Shown piece by piece: positions 1-8,622 of a stretch of 64,000 bases of DNA. Below the pieces are notes generated by a model. That model ran no database searches. It was not told where the DNA came from and worked only from the letters and a program-made list of their open reading frames with translations. The DNA comes from a virus (Duplodnaviria; Caudoviricetes). The position numbers were made by a program, and so were the translations under genes. The stretch is taken from positions 8,170 through 72,169 of the IMG/VR virus record IMGVR_UViG_2928595623_000002. One strand, given 5' to 3'. Numbering within the stretch: position 1 is the first letter of the stretch; each line of letters starts with the position of its first letter.

Positions 1-9
1 CGCTGGACA

Positions 10-693
10 TTATGCAGCCTCCCCAAATGCGAGTCTCATCTTGCGGTGAACAGCGCGGACGCGTTCGACGTCCTGCCGGCAGTACGCCGCTATTTCATCG
101 TGACGGCCTTCCGCGAACATCTTTCCAACCATAGAGCCGTCAATGTCGCCCTTGCCTTCAATGCCAAGCGCACGGCAAAGGTTATCCAGGCTGATCGTGT
201 CACGCGCTCCGGCCCATGCTGTCATGGTATCGAATACGTTCGCATCCCATGGCTTAGGATCACGCGGAAGCCACGACGGCGCACGGATGCCAAGGACAAT
301 GCAGCGCTGCCAGATGAAGCGGATGTCGAAGCCGACGACGTAGTGCCCTACGATCTTAGTGGCTCTGTATTGGTCTATGTATTGGTCAACGGAACAGAAG
401 AAATTGGTTATGATATCAGCCTCATTTTCAGGAGAAAATTCAGTCATGCTGAATGAGCCCGTTGAAAGATTATCAACAGCCCAGCCAATGCAGCAGATAT
501 GACCGAGCGCACCGTTCAGTGCCGTCTTCGCAATAGCTTCTTCGACAGCCGCCGGCTTCTGTTCAGCTTCCCAAGCTGCGATCGTGTCAGCTTTCTTCAT
601 GGATGCAGGCGGCTTGACGCTGTCTGCGATCTGCTGGCGAACTGCTTCGGACTGTGCCGGGATGCTCTCAATATCGAGGTATAGCGTCGTCAT
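10..693 (-). CDS. DnaQ/PolB-like 3'-5' exonuclease (RNase H fold)
   Basis: Exo motifs LYLDIES, GHYVVGFD, YCRQDV. Confidence 0.8.
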   Translation of the reverse strand: MTTLYLDIESIPAQSEAVRQQIADSVKPPASMKKADTIAAWEAEQKPAAVEEAIAKTALNGALGHICCIGWAVDNLSTGSFSMTEFSPENEADIITNFFCSVDQYIDQYRATKIVGHYVVGFDIRFIWQRCIVLGIRAPSWLPRDPKPWDANVFDTMTAWAGARDTISLDNLCRALGIEGKGDIDGSMVGKMFAEGRHDEIAAYCRQDVERVRAVHRKMRLAFGEAA

Positions 694-893
694 GCCGCGA
701 TCTCCTGTTCGCAATCCTTCACGCACAACGAGGCGCGCATTTCGTAATCTTCTGCCCGCTCAATGTGCCGGCGGCTTTCTGCCATGAGATATGTGGCGCG
801 CTTGGTATCTGATGTACGCGCTTCATCCGCGCATTCTGCAGCAAGCTTGCGTGCCGACTTAGCGCCGTTGATGAACTGGTCGTACATGATCAC
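690..893 (-). CDS. Phage hypothetical protein
   Basis: 4-bp overlap coupling with neighbours in leftward operon. Confidence 0.6.
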   Translation of the reverse strand: MIMYDQFINGAKSARKLAAECADEARTSDTKRATYLMAESRRHIERAEDYEMRASLCVKDCEQEIAA

Positions 894-1264
894 TCCGCAG
901 CTTCGCGCATAGCGTTGTAAACGCGATCGCCGTAGCCGTAGCCCATGCGGCGGTCGTCGCGATCATTGGCCAATGCCTCCCACCATTCCTCGACGGCACG
1001 TTTGCCGATGTCGGTGGTTGTGTCTGTGATGACGTCAGCGATCCAATGAAACAGCATCTTCTCGCGGCTGGTGACCACATAGCAGCGGTTGCTTTCAGGC
1101 AGCAGGATATGACCGCCCTTGAGTTCGATAGACGAGACTTCAAACAGCCCGTCCTTTTCACTCAGGATCGCCGTTCCTTCAAACATAGCTCCTTCGCACG
1201 GGAAACCGCCGATGGTCAGCTGCAGTTCTTCGAATGCAAACTCGAGATCGTCCATTGTCCTCAC
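890..1264 (-). CDS. Phage hypothetical protein
   Basis: Coupled ORF ending in EAAE, typical of rhizobial phage early genes. Confidence 0.6.
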   Translation of the reverse strand: MRTMDDLEFAFEELQLTIGGFPCEGAMFEGTAILSEKDGLFEVSSIELKGGHILLPESNRCYVVTSREKMLFHWIADVITDTTTDIGKRAVEEWWEALANDRDDRRMGYGYGDRVYNAMREAAE

Positions 1265-1366
1265 TCCGTTGATCGTTAGCCGCCGGATTGCTCGTGGCCC
1301 GGCCCGGTGGCTGTTGTTCCGGGCGGTGGGTTACATCTTGCACCTCCGATCTAGTCGCTTTCGAAT

Positions 1367-1612
1367 TTAGCCGTAGCCGGAGCCGTCGCCGTAGCCGGAG
1401 CCGGAGCCGTAGCCGTAGCCGTAGCCGTAGCCGTAGCCGTAGCCGTAGCCGTAGCCGTAGCCGTAGCCGTAGCCGTCGCCGTAGCCGTAGCCGTAGCCGG
1501 AGCCGTCGCCGTAGCCGTAGCCGTAGCCGGAGCCGTAGCCGGAGCCGGAGCCGTCGCCGTCGCCGTCGCCGTCGCCGATTTCGTAGTCTTCAAAAGCAAG
1601 AGCCTTATTCAC
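1367..1612 (-). CDS. Gly-Tyr/Asp/Ser repeat protein
   Basis: GDGYG/GYGY repeats; start overlaps stop of upstream gene. Confidence 0.65.
   Translation of the reverse strand: MNKALAFEDYEIGDGDGDGDGSGSGYGSGYGYGYGDGSGYGYGYGDGYGYGYGYGYGYGYGYGYGYGYGSGSGYGDGSGYG
1369..1577. repeat. Hexamer tandem repeat (TAGCCG with GAGCCG/TCGCCG variants)
   Basis: About 35 consecutive 6-bp units visible. Confidence 0.95.
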
Positions 1613-1995
1613 GACTGCACAGCGTCCTTTATCGCATCAATGCTTGCGATTGCCGCATCAGAAGCAGGAATAATCTCAAGCGCATCAAGAACTGTCTGCG
1701 TCGGAACAGTCGGAGAGAACTTGTTTGTCGATCCGCTCACGCCATTGGTGGCGACTGCCGAAAGGCTGATCCCTTCCTTTGCCTTCCACGACCAAAGACG
1801 GCGGCAATTCTTGATTTCCACCATGCGACCGTCTTGCGCTGCGACTTCGCCAAAGAACACACCGGAAGCGTACGTGCGGATAATGCAGCGCTTGCCGATA
1901 TGCGGCGTAAATGTGCCTGACGCCTGCTGTGTCGCCGCGCCAAACATTGCAGCCAGTTCTTTTGCCTGACCAATTGTGAGTTCGTTGATGTCCAC
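1609..1995 (-). CDS. DUF6948-like protein
   Basis: IGKRCIIRTYASGVFFG...RRLWSW...SLSAVA motif; GTG start with GGAGG RBS. Confidence 0.7.
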   Translation of the reverse strand: MDINELTIGQAKELAAMFGAATQQASGTFTPHIGKRCIIRTYASGVFFGEVAAQDGRMVEIKNCRRLWSWKAKEGISLSAVATNGVSGSTNKFSPTVPTQTVLDALEIIPASDAAIASIDAIKDAVQS

Positions 1996-2082
1996 TGTCG
2001 CCTCCGTTGGGTTGATAACCAGCCGCCCGTTTCGTCGTCCTTGGAGCATCATTCGTGCGGCTTGCGAGGAGTACTGTAGCAG

Positions 2083-2144
2083 CAACATAAAACGTGTCAA
2101 CATAAATCGTGTTGAAAACGACCGGAGCAACACAAAAAATGTTG
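2083..2144. promoter_or_regulatory. OL operators (three 17-bp CAACA-N7-TGTTG sites, first imperfect)
   Basis: CAACATAAAACGTGTCA 2083, CAACATAAATCGTGTTG 2098, CAACACAAAAAATGTTG 2128; same consensus as sites between cI and cro. Confidence 0.8.
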
Positions 2145-2166
2145 CGCAATTGATCTAATAGGGGCA

Positions 2167-2200
2167 AAAGAAAAACGCCGGAGGGATGATCCTGCCGGCG
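2167..2200 (-). terminator. Rho-independent terminator for leftward (cI) transcription
   Basis: Minus strand CGCCGG..CCGGCG stem followed by TTTTTCTTT. Confidence 0.6.
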
Positions 2201-2398
2201 CTCAAAGCAAAACACGAAGCAGCACAAGCCGCGGAGTGTCAAAAAATGATGCATTATGCCTAACACATCAAAAAAATAGATGGAATAGGATAATGTTGTT
2301 TTGAGGCGTGAAAAGTTGATTTTTTTGGGTCTGCTCGGAGGTTCCCGCCAAAAATATTCAACCAGAAACGCAAAGGCAGCGGTTTTTAGAAGTTTCGC

Positions 2399-2757
2399 CC
2401 GCGTCGCCTATCATCAGGTATATGAAATGGACGCGGTGCCGATGCCAGGCTCATCGGACGAAGTTACACGGGGTTGATGGCCCGCCGGAAACACAGTTTT
2501 GCAAACTGCCGGACAACCGATAGCACCTTTCGAGGATGGAGGCGAAAGCCGCCAAATGTTTCTACAGAGTTCCGATTGTACCGCCTGACCAGCGGGAGGA
2601 TGTAGACCTCAAGCCCTGTAGCGGCAGGGAAAACAAACCGAGCTATCGGGGTATATGGACTTCATGGATGCTTGGTGCGTAGCTAGCGCACATGGCTGGT
2701 GCTCCTCCTCAGGACCATCATTAGACTAGGTTATGCCTATGATACTGGTGGCAGGTT
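2399..2757 (+). ncRNA. Candidate large structured ncRNA
   Basis: No ORF of 60 aa or more; nested stems with UUCG and GAAA tetraloops; long-range pairings with G-U wobbles on + strand. Confidence 0.55.
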
Positions 2758-2772
2758 GTTTGAAGTGAATGA

Positions 2773-3573
2773 TCACATCTTTGTGAAACGACCGACTACG
2801 CGGCCAACTATTCTGAATTCATCGAATGCTCTGATTACGGGCGGCTCGTCTGGTGACGCCTCAGAAACAATGCGGTAGGCCGGCGGGTGAGACGATGTTA
2901 CTTTCTTGAGCGTCTTAGCCTGCAGCACGCCGTCCCCGTCATCGATCACATAGACAGCGTCACCCATCCAAGCGTTTTGCGAGACGTCCACTAGAATACG
3001 ATCGTTCGAGCGTAGCACGGGCTCCATAGAATGTCCGATCACTGGAAGGACGATAATCTGTGACGGCGCCGCGTCAAGCGCATTGCGGATATAGCCGGGC
3101 GGAATAAGCCATTCGTTGACGACTGGATGCCCGGTGGCGATGCCATTAGAAACGACGCGCGCCGATCGGTCGTCAATCTGCCCTTGTCCAAGCCCAGGGC
3201 GCGCTGAGAACTCAGGAGAAGACCCGCTAATCGTTCGATTGAACGTGATAAGCCCATCGACAAGAGCGCCGCCGTTGCCATCCCATTCGTCGCCATTCTC
3301 GTTTTCTGGCTGATCTGGGTCAAATGAGCTGACGATGCGATATGGCGCCGGCTTTGACGGACGTTCTACATTCTCTCCGGTAAGCAGGTATGCCGCGCTC
3401 GTATTGAATTTGCGGGCGTACTTCTCTGCCATATCAGGCGAAAATTCATTTTGTCCGTTTTCATGCGCACGATAACTCGAAGCTGAAACGCCGAGCGCAG
3501 CCGCTGCCTTTGAAGCGGATTCAAAGCCCGCTTCCTCTCTCATTTTTTTGAGTCTTTCGCCCATGCTTGTCAT
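2773..3573 (-). CDS. CI-like repressor (XRE HTH + S24 peptidase)
   Basis: N-terminal HTH (AAALGVSASSYRAHENG); GHSMEP serine and AKTL lysine; ends IVGRVV. Confidence 0.92.
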   Translation of the reverse strand: MTSMGERLKKMREEAGFESASKAAAALGVSASSYRAHENGQNEFSPDMAEKYARKFNTSAAYLLTGENVERPSKPAPYRIVSSFDPDQPENENGDEWDGNGGALVDGLITFNRTISGSSPEFSARPGLGQGQIDDRSARVVSNGIATGHPVVNEWLIPPGYIRNALDAAPSQIIVLPVIGHSMEPVLRSNDRILVDVSQNAWMGDAVYVIDDGDGVLQAKTLKKVTSSHPPAYRIVSEASPDEPPVIRAFDEFRIVGRVVGRFTKM

Positions 3574-3596
3574 GGCCAGAAGGTTTTCAGAGTTTG

Positions 3597-3636
3597 CAAC
3601 ACAAATCATGTTGACAACGCAACATATATCGTGTTG
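3597..3636. promoter_or_regulatory. OR operators overlapping PR (TTGACA at 3611)
   Basis: CAACACAAATCATGTTG 3597-3613 and CAACATATATCGTGTTG 3620-3636 between divergent cI and cro. Confidence 0.85.
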
Positions 3637-3645
3637 ATTAGTGCC

Positions 3646-3945
3646 ATGAACATGATCACAGAAATCGAAACAGTTGATGACATCGTCTCGGTACTCGGCG
3701 GGAACGCCTCGATGGCGAGGGTGATTTGTAAGGGCCCGTCTGCTGTCTCTGAGATGAAGAGACGCGACAGCATCCCGGTCGAATACTGGCCTGCTATCGT
3801 AGCTGAATGCGCGACATTAGGGCGCGACGACATAACGCTAGAGGCGATCGCAACTGTCATGGCGAATGCAGCGATGAGACGTCGAGGTGGGCGCGAAAAG
3901 CTACGCCATGACGTGTTCCGTGAGACAGCGCAGGAGGGCGTGTAA
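3646..3945 (+). CDS. Cro-like HTH protein
   Basis: Divergent from cI; LGG...GPSAVSEMKRRDSIP..YWP. Confidence 0.75.
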   Translation: MNMITEIETVDDIVSVLGGNASMARVICKGPSAVSEMKRRDSIPVEYWPAIVAECATLGRDDITLEAIATVMANAAMRRRGGREKLRHDVFRETAQEGV

Positions 3946-4202
3946 TGACTGACAAGCCGGTCGTTAAGTTCATCATCATTCATGAAAGCGTCTCCAAGTC
4001 GTGGATGCGTGACAGCTCTACGTTTGCTCTGTTTGCAGGACTTATCCTGCTAGGCGTCTTTGTTGGTTCTTCAACGATGGAGTGGGCCGGGTTCATTTTG
4101 GCGTTTTTCGTTTTGTTCTCAAGAGTTGCGGAAATGAACTCAGGCTTGAAACGTATGACACGCGAAGAGGCGATAGAGCATCTGCAGAATGGAGACGTGT
4201 GA
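3945..4202 (+). CDS. Small membrane protein
   Basis: Two hydrophobic segments; coupled. Confidence 0.6.
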   Translation: MTDKPVVKFIIIHESVSKSWMRDSSTFALFAGLILLGVFVGSSTMEWAGFILAFFVLFSRVAEMNSGLKRMTREEAIEHLQNGDV

Positions 4203-4405
4203 TGGAAGAGGCATTTCTCAAATCTGTTGACGGCAAAATTACCGGCGTCATGGGCGCTGAAGACACGGAGAAGGTTCGCGCTAATCTTATCCGTTGGCTC
4301 ATTGACGACAAGGCCGAGATGGTCATTCGCGTCCCTGTAGAGCTTGCAAAGAGATCGTTTTTCAAAAGCACAGCGTCTGTCCTTTCCGAACTGGAGAACG
4401 CGTGA
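4202..4405 (+). CDS. Hypothetical protein
   Basis: Coupled ORF. Confidence 0.5.
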   Translation: MEEAFLKSVDGKITGVMGAEDTEKVRANLIRWLIDDKAEMVIRVPVELAKRSFFKSTASVLSELENA

Positions 4406-4578
4406 TGGGTGACAACATTTTTTATATCTCATTTTTCTTGCTGATCGCGTTTGTGGTTGGCGGTGCTTTCTATTTCTCAGACGCAGAAATGAAGCGATCA
4501 GCTGAAATGGAGTTAGAGTGCATCAAAGCAGGAAACCAGGTTATTTCTGGCAACTGCGTACACGGGGCGTCGAAATGA
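4405..4578 (+). CDS. Small single-TM protein (57 aa)
   Basis: MGDNIFYISFFLLIAFVVGG...; overlaps both neighbours. Confidence 0.5.
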   Translation: MGDNIFYISFFLLIAFVVGGAFYFSDAEMKRSAEMELECIKAGNQVISGNCVHGASK

Positions 4579-4709
4579 CTGACGCTCACGGAATTGCACG
4601 CGAAATCATTTCCAATTCGGCAGGGGACTCCGACCTGACGCCAGCCGTTGCCGCGCGCGGTTCCGAAGAAAGCGCGGCATTAAATTCGACCATGGAGGCT
4701 GCGGAATGA
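4575..4709 (+). pseudogene. Internally deleted DUF2312/GapR-like gene remnant
   Basis: MTDAHGIARE resembles the rhizobial GapR N-terminus, but the ERIERLEEEK core is absent. Confidence 0.45.
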
Positions 4710-4891
4710 ACACGCCAGCCACCATTGAACAAGAGTTCGATCTTGCGACCAGCCGCATTGAAGTTTTCGCGGTTGAGATCCTGAACGAGATCGACATTCC
4801 AGAAGAACAGTTTGATCGCGCTGTGATGTTCGATGTTGAGCGTCAAGCCGTGCGCGGTTCTGGACACCGAGTATGGGGAGAGGGTGCATGA
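4706..4891 (+). CDS. Hypothetical protein
   Basis: Coupled ORF. Confidence 0.5.
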   Translation: MNTPATIEQEFDLATSRIEVFAVEILNEIDIPEEQFDRAVMFDVERQAVRGSGHRVWGEGA

Positions 4892-5226
4892 AGATGATTA
4901 CAACAGTTCTTGAATGGTCAACCGACATTGACGCCGCCCCGCGTGGTGAGATTGTCGAAAAGGTTGTCGATGTTCAGCGAAACGGAAAGCGAGAGCGCAG
5001 GGTTTACGAAGAGTACGTACCTACGAAAATTCTTGCGCTTACGAAGTGCGGAAAGATCGTCGTGACGCATTACATTCCGCCTCGCTTTACGCAATCCGGA
5101 TCGAAGCTTGATGGCGATCGATGGAGCGTTTTTGCGGCCAACGAGGCGCCTGTGATGTGGGCAGCAATGCCAAGTGCTGAAATTCTTCAATCATTCCTTG
5201 GTGGAAGCTATGACACAGCGGCCTGA
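4888..5226 (+). CDS. Phage hypothetical protein
   Basis: W..DIDAAPRG...PVMWAAMP pattern common in phage small proteins. Confidence 0.6.
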   Translation: MKMITTVLEWSTDIDAAPRGEIVEKVVDVQRNGKRERRVYEEYVPTKILALTKCGKIVVTHYIPPRFTQSGSKLDGDRWSVFAANEAPVMWAAMPSAEILQSFLGGSYDTAA

Positions 5227-5449
5227 CGAACTCATAGAGGATTACAAGTCCAGCTATCGCGCTCACTTCGGCGGTGAAGCTCCGAAGGTATGGAAAGGCT
5301 CGCACGGCGGCTTCACGATCGTACACCATGACGGCGGACGAGAGAACCTTAGCGCTAGACAGATGCGCCTCTTCACCGCCATCAACTACGAGATGGCAGA
5401 AGCAGTTAAGCAGGAGAACGAACATCGCGTTTCTATGGTGATGGTATGA
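5210..5449 (+). CDS. Hypothetical protein
   Basis: Coupled ORF. Confidence 0.55.
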   Translation: MTQRPDELIEDYKSSYRAHFGGEAPKVWKGSHGGFTIVHHDGGRENLSARQMRLFTAINYEMAEAVKQENEHRVSMVMV

Positions 5450-5919
5450 CGTCATATCGTTCCGTCCCTCGCTCAAAGTTGGAAGCTGATCTTTCACAGC
5501 TGCGAGCTGAAATCGCAGATGCACAGGCGCTAGCTAATTCTATACGCATCGAAATGCAGGCGCGCCTTGCCGAGCCACTGGCTGTCATCGGAAGGCTTGA
5601 AAAGAAAGCAGATGAGATCGACGCGGAGATCAAGCGGCGCGAACAAAATGACGCGATTGTGCCGACGGTGAGCGATCACGCTTTGTTGAGATACATTGAG
5701 CGCGTGCATGAAGTTGACATTGAGCAGATACGCGGAATTTTGCTTGAGAAGGCAGAGGCAGCGATAAAGGCCGGCGCGTCTGCTGTGAGGCTTGATGATT
5801 GCACATTGGTTATTCGCGGGTCTTCCGTTGTGACTGTAAAGGTAGAGCAAAAGCGCGAGAAACCTAAGAAGATGACGCGCGCTAAACGTCAACAGTTTGA
5901 GGACTACGAACATGCATAG
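5446..5919 (+). CDS. Coiled-coil protein with VSDHALLRYIER motif
   Basis: Motif seen in many phage proteins. Confidence 0.6.
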   Translation: MTSYRSVPRSKLEADLSQLRAEIADAQALANSIRIEMQARLAEPLAVIGRLEKKADEIDAEIKRREQNDAIVPTVSDHALLRYIERVHEVDIEQIRGILLEKAEAAIKAGASAVRLDDCTLVIRGSSVVTVKVEQKREKPKKMTRAKRQQFEDYEHA

Positions 5920-6085
5920 TATCCTCTACGCAATCGTTGGATTTGTGTTTGTGCTGTTTGTCTTCGCCGTGGCGCTCGTCCGCTTCTCTCGTAATGAACA
6001 TGATGAAGAAGACATGAACGGCGCGCTTGAAGGCGACCAGGTGAATTTCAAAGACAACCATTCGATCGGTCACTCCTCCCTGTAA
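5912..6085 (+). CDS. Small membrane protein
   Basis: N-terminal TM segment. Confidence 0.45.
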   Translation: MHSILYAIVGFVFVLFVFAVALVRFSRNEHDEEDMNGALEGDQVNFKDNHSIGHSSL

Positions 6086-6347
6086 GGCTGATCGATAGCG
6101 AGCGCCGCGTCATCCTCCTCCCCGCGGCGCTCGCACCTAATTCGCGGAAAGCGACTGGATAGCCGAAGAACTACGGCGTTTGTCGCTTCCGATATTGGAA
6201 TAAACGTCTCGCCGATGCGGCGGACGGTCGTGGGAATTTGATTTGGCTCCGCAACCGGCCTCTGATTTTTCCCACGACCACTCTTATTCGACTTCCTGCG
6301 CATGACTGCCTCCTTGAACAAGAGCAATCAAGCAAAGGAAAATTGTC

Positions 6348-6725
6348 ATGGACGACAAAACACATGGTTTTCACGACGAAATTTTTGGCAGGAAAGACAA
6401 GGTAATGCGTGCTGCTTTAATGGACGACGTCAAAGGAATGGCTGGGTTTCTCCTAGCCAAGGAACATCGTGGGCCTGGCGATACGATAGAGGCAGCCAGT
6501 TACCGCGTTCAGACGAAATACGGCGTGCCGGCATCGTTCTTGATGAGGCTACGTCATCGCGAAGTAAAAGACATCATGATGTCAAACTTCATCGCGCTGG
6601 CGACGGCATATCAAGCGGCACTCAATAAGATAGATCGGGCCTACGAGCATGAGAAGGCTTTGGCAGACAATACGAAAATTCTCCGCTTGGCTCGTGCTTT
6701 GGCTGGCGAGGAAGGCGAGGGGTAG
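6348..6725 (+). CDS. Phage regulatory protein (CII-like position)
   Basis: RBS AAGGAA; HRGPGDTIEAA..R motif. Confidence 0.55.
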   Translation: MDDKTHGFHDEIFGRKDKVMRAALMDDVKGMAGFLLAKEHRGPGDTIEAASYRVQTKYGVPASFLMRLRHREVKDIMMSNFIALATAYQAALNKIDRAYEHEKALADNTKILRLARALAGEEGEG

Positions 6726-6728
6726 GTG

Positions 6729-6812
6729 ATGATATACGGAAGTGTCTGCTCCGGGATAGAGGCGGCAACGATGGGTTGGCACCAACTGCATGGTGAGGAG
6801 AACGATCGATGA
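6729..6812 (+). pseudogene. 5' fragment of C5-cytosine DNA methyltransferase
   Basis: MIYGSVCSGIEAATMGWHQL is motif I of phage C5-MTases, followed by a stop at 27 aa. Confidence 0.7.
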
Positions 6813-6976
6813 ACGTGGTTTTGTGGGGCCTATTTTTGGCCTGTTATGTTATTCTCATTGCATCGATGGCATATGCGCACGAGAGACGCGACAGATCGAT
6901 TTTTCTGTCTGGATTGACATGTGGTGTGGTGTTTATAGCGATAGCCAATCAGGTGGCGAAGGCGGTGCTGGGATGA
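6809..6976 (+). CDS. Small two-TM protein (55 aa)
   Basis: MNVVLWGLFLACYVILIAS...; coupled. Confidence 0.45.
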   Translation: MNVVLWGLFLACYVILIASMAYAHERRDRSIFLSGLTCGVVFIAIANQVAKAVLG

Positions 6977-7061
6977 CAGACCCAGCCGAAATGCTGTCAT
7001 GGATAGATAGGCGCATAGCGAGCGCAAAGAAATGGCTTGAAGTGGATTGAATAGGTGAGTA

Positions 7062-7664
7062 ATGGCTAGACGACATGTATTCATCAAATGCTCTGTGGAT
7101 GACTGCGAGAGAAATGGCCATCGTTCTGGCGGCGGATCACGCGGTTGCTGCGCAATACACTACTACCGTCTTCTAAAGCATGGCGACCCACTCGGTGGAA
7201 GGACGTTCGCCGGAGATCCTATGAGATGGATGGAAGATCACAAGCGCTATGCTGGTGATGAGTGCTTAAAGTGGCCATTTGGCAAGGCCAATAAGGGATA
7301 TGGCCTCATTCTTGTCGATGGGAGGAACATGCAGGCTAGCAGGTTCATGTGCATTTTAGCGCATGGAGTTCCAGAGTCTCCTGATCTCCAAGCTGCACAT
7401 ACTTGCCATAACGGTCACCAAGGATGCGTCAACCCTCGGCATTTGAAGTGGGAAACTTTTGCCGAGAACAATAAGGTGAGGCCAAGAGCGCGTTTCGGCA
7501 GCAACTCGCCATCAGCAAAACTGTCTGAGGAGCGGGTTGCTTATATGCGACGAGTGTATAAAGCCGGCAATTCAACTCAAGAAGAACTCGCGGAACTTTT
7601 CGGGGTAAACATTTCCACCGTCAACAGTGTCATCCATCGGAAGACGTGGAGGCATGTAATATGA
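7062..7664 (+). CDS. HNH/His-Cys homing endonuclease-like protein with C-terminal HTH
   Basis: CLKWP, GYG, AAHTCHNGHQGCVNPRHL, then LAELFGVNISTV HTH. Confidence 0.85.
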   Translation: MARRHVFIKCSVDDCERNGHRSGGGSRGCCAIHYYRLLKHGDPLGGRTFAGDPMRWMEDHKRYAGDECLKWPFGKANKGYGLILVDGRNMQASRFMCILAHGVPESPDLQAAHTCHNGHQGCVNPRHLKWETFAENNKVRPRARFGSNSPSAKLSEERVAYMRRVYKAGNSTQEELAELFGVNISTVNSVIHRKTWRHVI

Positions 7665-7767
7665 TGGACAGTTACCTTTTCCGATCCTGCTTTGACGACA
7701 TCGCCATGCTGACGGAAATACGCGCCGCCTATGCCAAGGCGCTAGCAAGAAGGGAGGCTGGGCAATA

Positions 7768-8622
7768 ATGGCAAAGCTCACGAAAGCGCAAGCGAAAGCC
7801 CATCAGCAGGCCTGTGACCTCCTAAATAAGGACGTTCTGTCAGATGACGAAAAGTTTTTTGTAATTGAAAACTGGCAGGAGTCGGCGATGCACATCAACA
7901 GCACATCGGGGGCTTTTTTTACTCCATATGGTCTAGCTCGTGATTTTGCGATTGAGACATTCTCCGGGCGGATGATCGACCTATGCGCCGGTATTGGAAC
8001 CCTATCGTTTGCAGCTTCTATGATGCACCGCTGGTCTTCGGCACGGCTAGACATCACCTGCATTGAAATCAACCCAGCCTATGTGGCTGTCGGACGGAAG
8101 ATTTTGCCAGAGGCGACATGGATAGAGGCTAGCGTGTTCGATGTTATCGATATGGACCTAGGCCGTTTCGACATCGCCATTAGCAATCCTCCTTTTGGGA
8201 GGATAACGCGACCTGATGGTAAAAGAAGCCCGAGATATACTGGAGCAGAGTTCGAATTCCATGTGATAGATATTGCCGCGCACCTGGCTGGCTACGGCGT
8301 GTTCATTTTGCCTCAAATGTCGTCTGGGTTCCGCTACAGTGGATCGCAGCACTACCAGCGCGATACGAGCGGAAAGGCATTTGATTTTCAACAGAAGACG
8401 GGCGTCTATTTCGGCCCATCGTGCGGCATCGACACGGCAACATATCTTGGCGACTGGCGCGGTGTGTCCCCGCTCTGCGAGGTCGTCTGCTGTGAGTTTG
8501 CGGAGTTGGCCGCGGTTCCTTGCCACGACGCTCATGTGCAGTTGCCTACCACTGTTTACCAGGCGACATCGAAACCTACGGGAACCACCAGCCAGTTGAG
8601 CTTATTCGGAGAAGTCGTATGA
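7768..8622 (+). CDS. Amino (N6A/N4C) DNA methyltransferase
   Basis: GAFFTP, IDLCAGIG (SAM binding), ISNPPF catalytic motif. Confidence 0.8.
   Translation: MAKLTKAQAKAHQQACDLLNKDVLSDDEKFFVIENWQESAMHINSTSGAFFTPYGLARDFAIETFSGRMIDLCAGIGTLSFAASMMHRWSSARLDITCIEINPAYVAVGRKILPEATWIEASVFDVIDMDLGRFDIAISNPPFGRITRPDGKRSPRYTGAEFEFHVIDIAAHLAGYGVFILPQMSSGFRYSGSQHYQRDTSGKAFDFQQKTGVYFGPSCGIDTATYLGDWRGVSPLCEVVCCEFAELAAVPCHDAHVQLPTTVYQATSKPTGTTSQLSLFGEVV

Noticed and set aside
1369-1577. CRISPR array
   Set aside because: 6-bp tandem units without spacers; no cas genes
1288-1920. RS-rich + strand ORF and AT-repeat ORF (1351-1599)
   Set aside because: Alternative readings of the hexamer repeat; only the GY frame is coupled within the leftward operon
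2500-2665. Group I intron core in the structured region
   Set aside because: Only loose P/S-like words; no convincing P7 and no interrupted host gene
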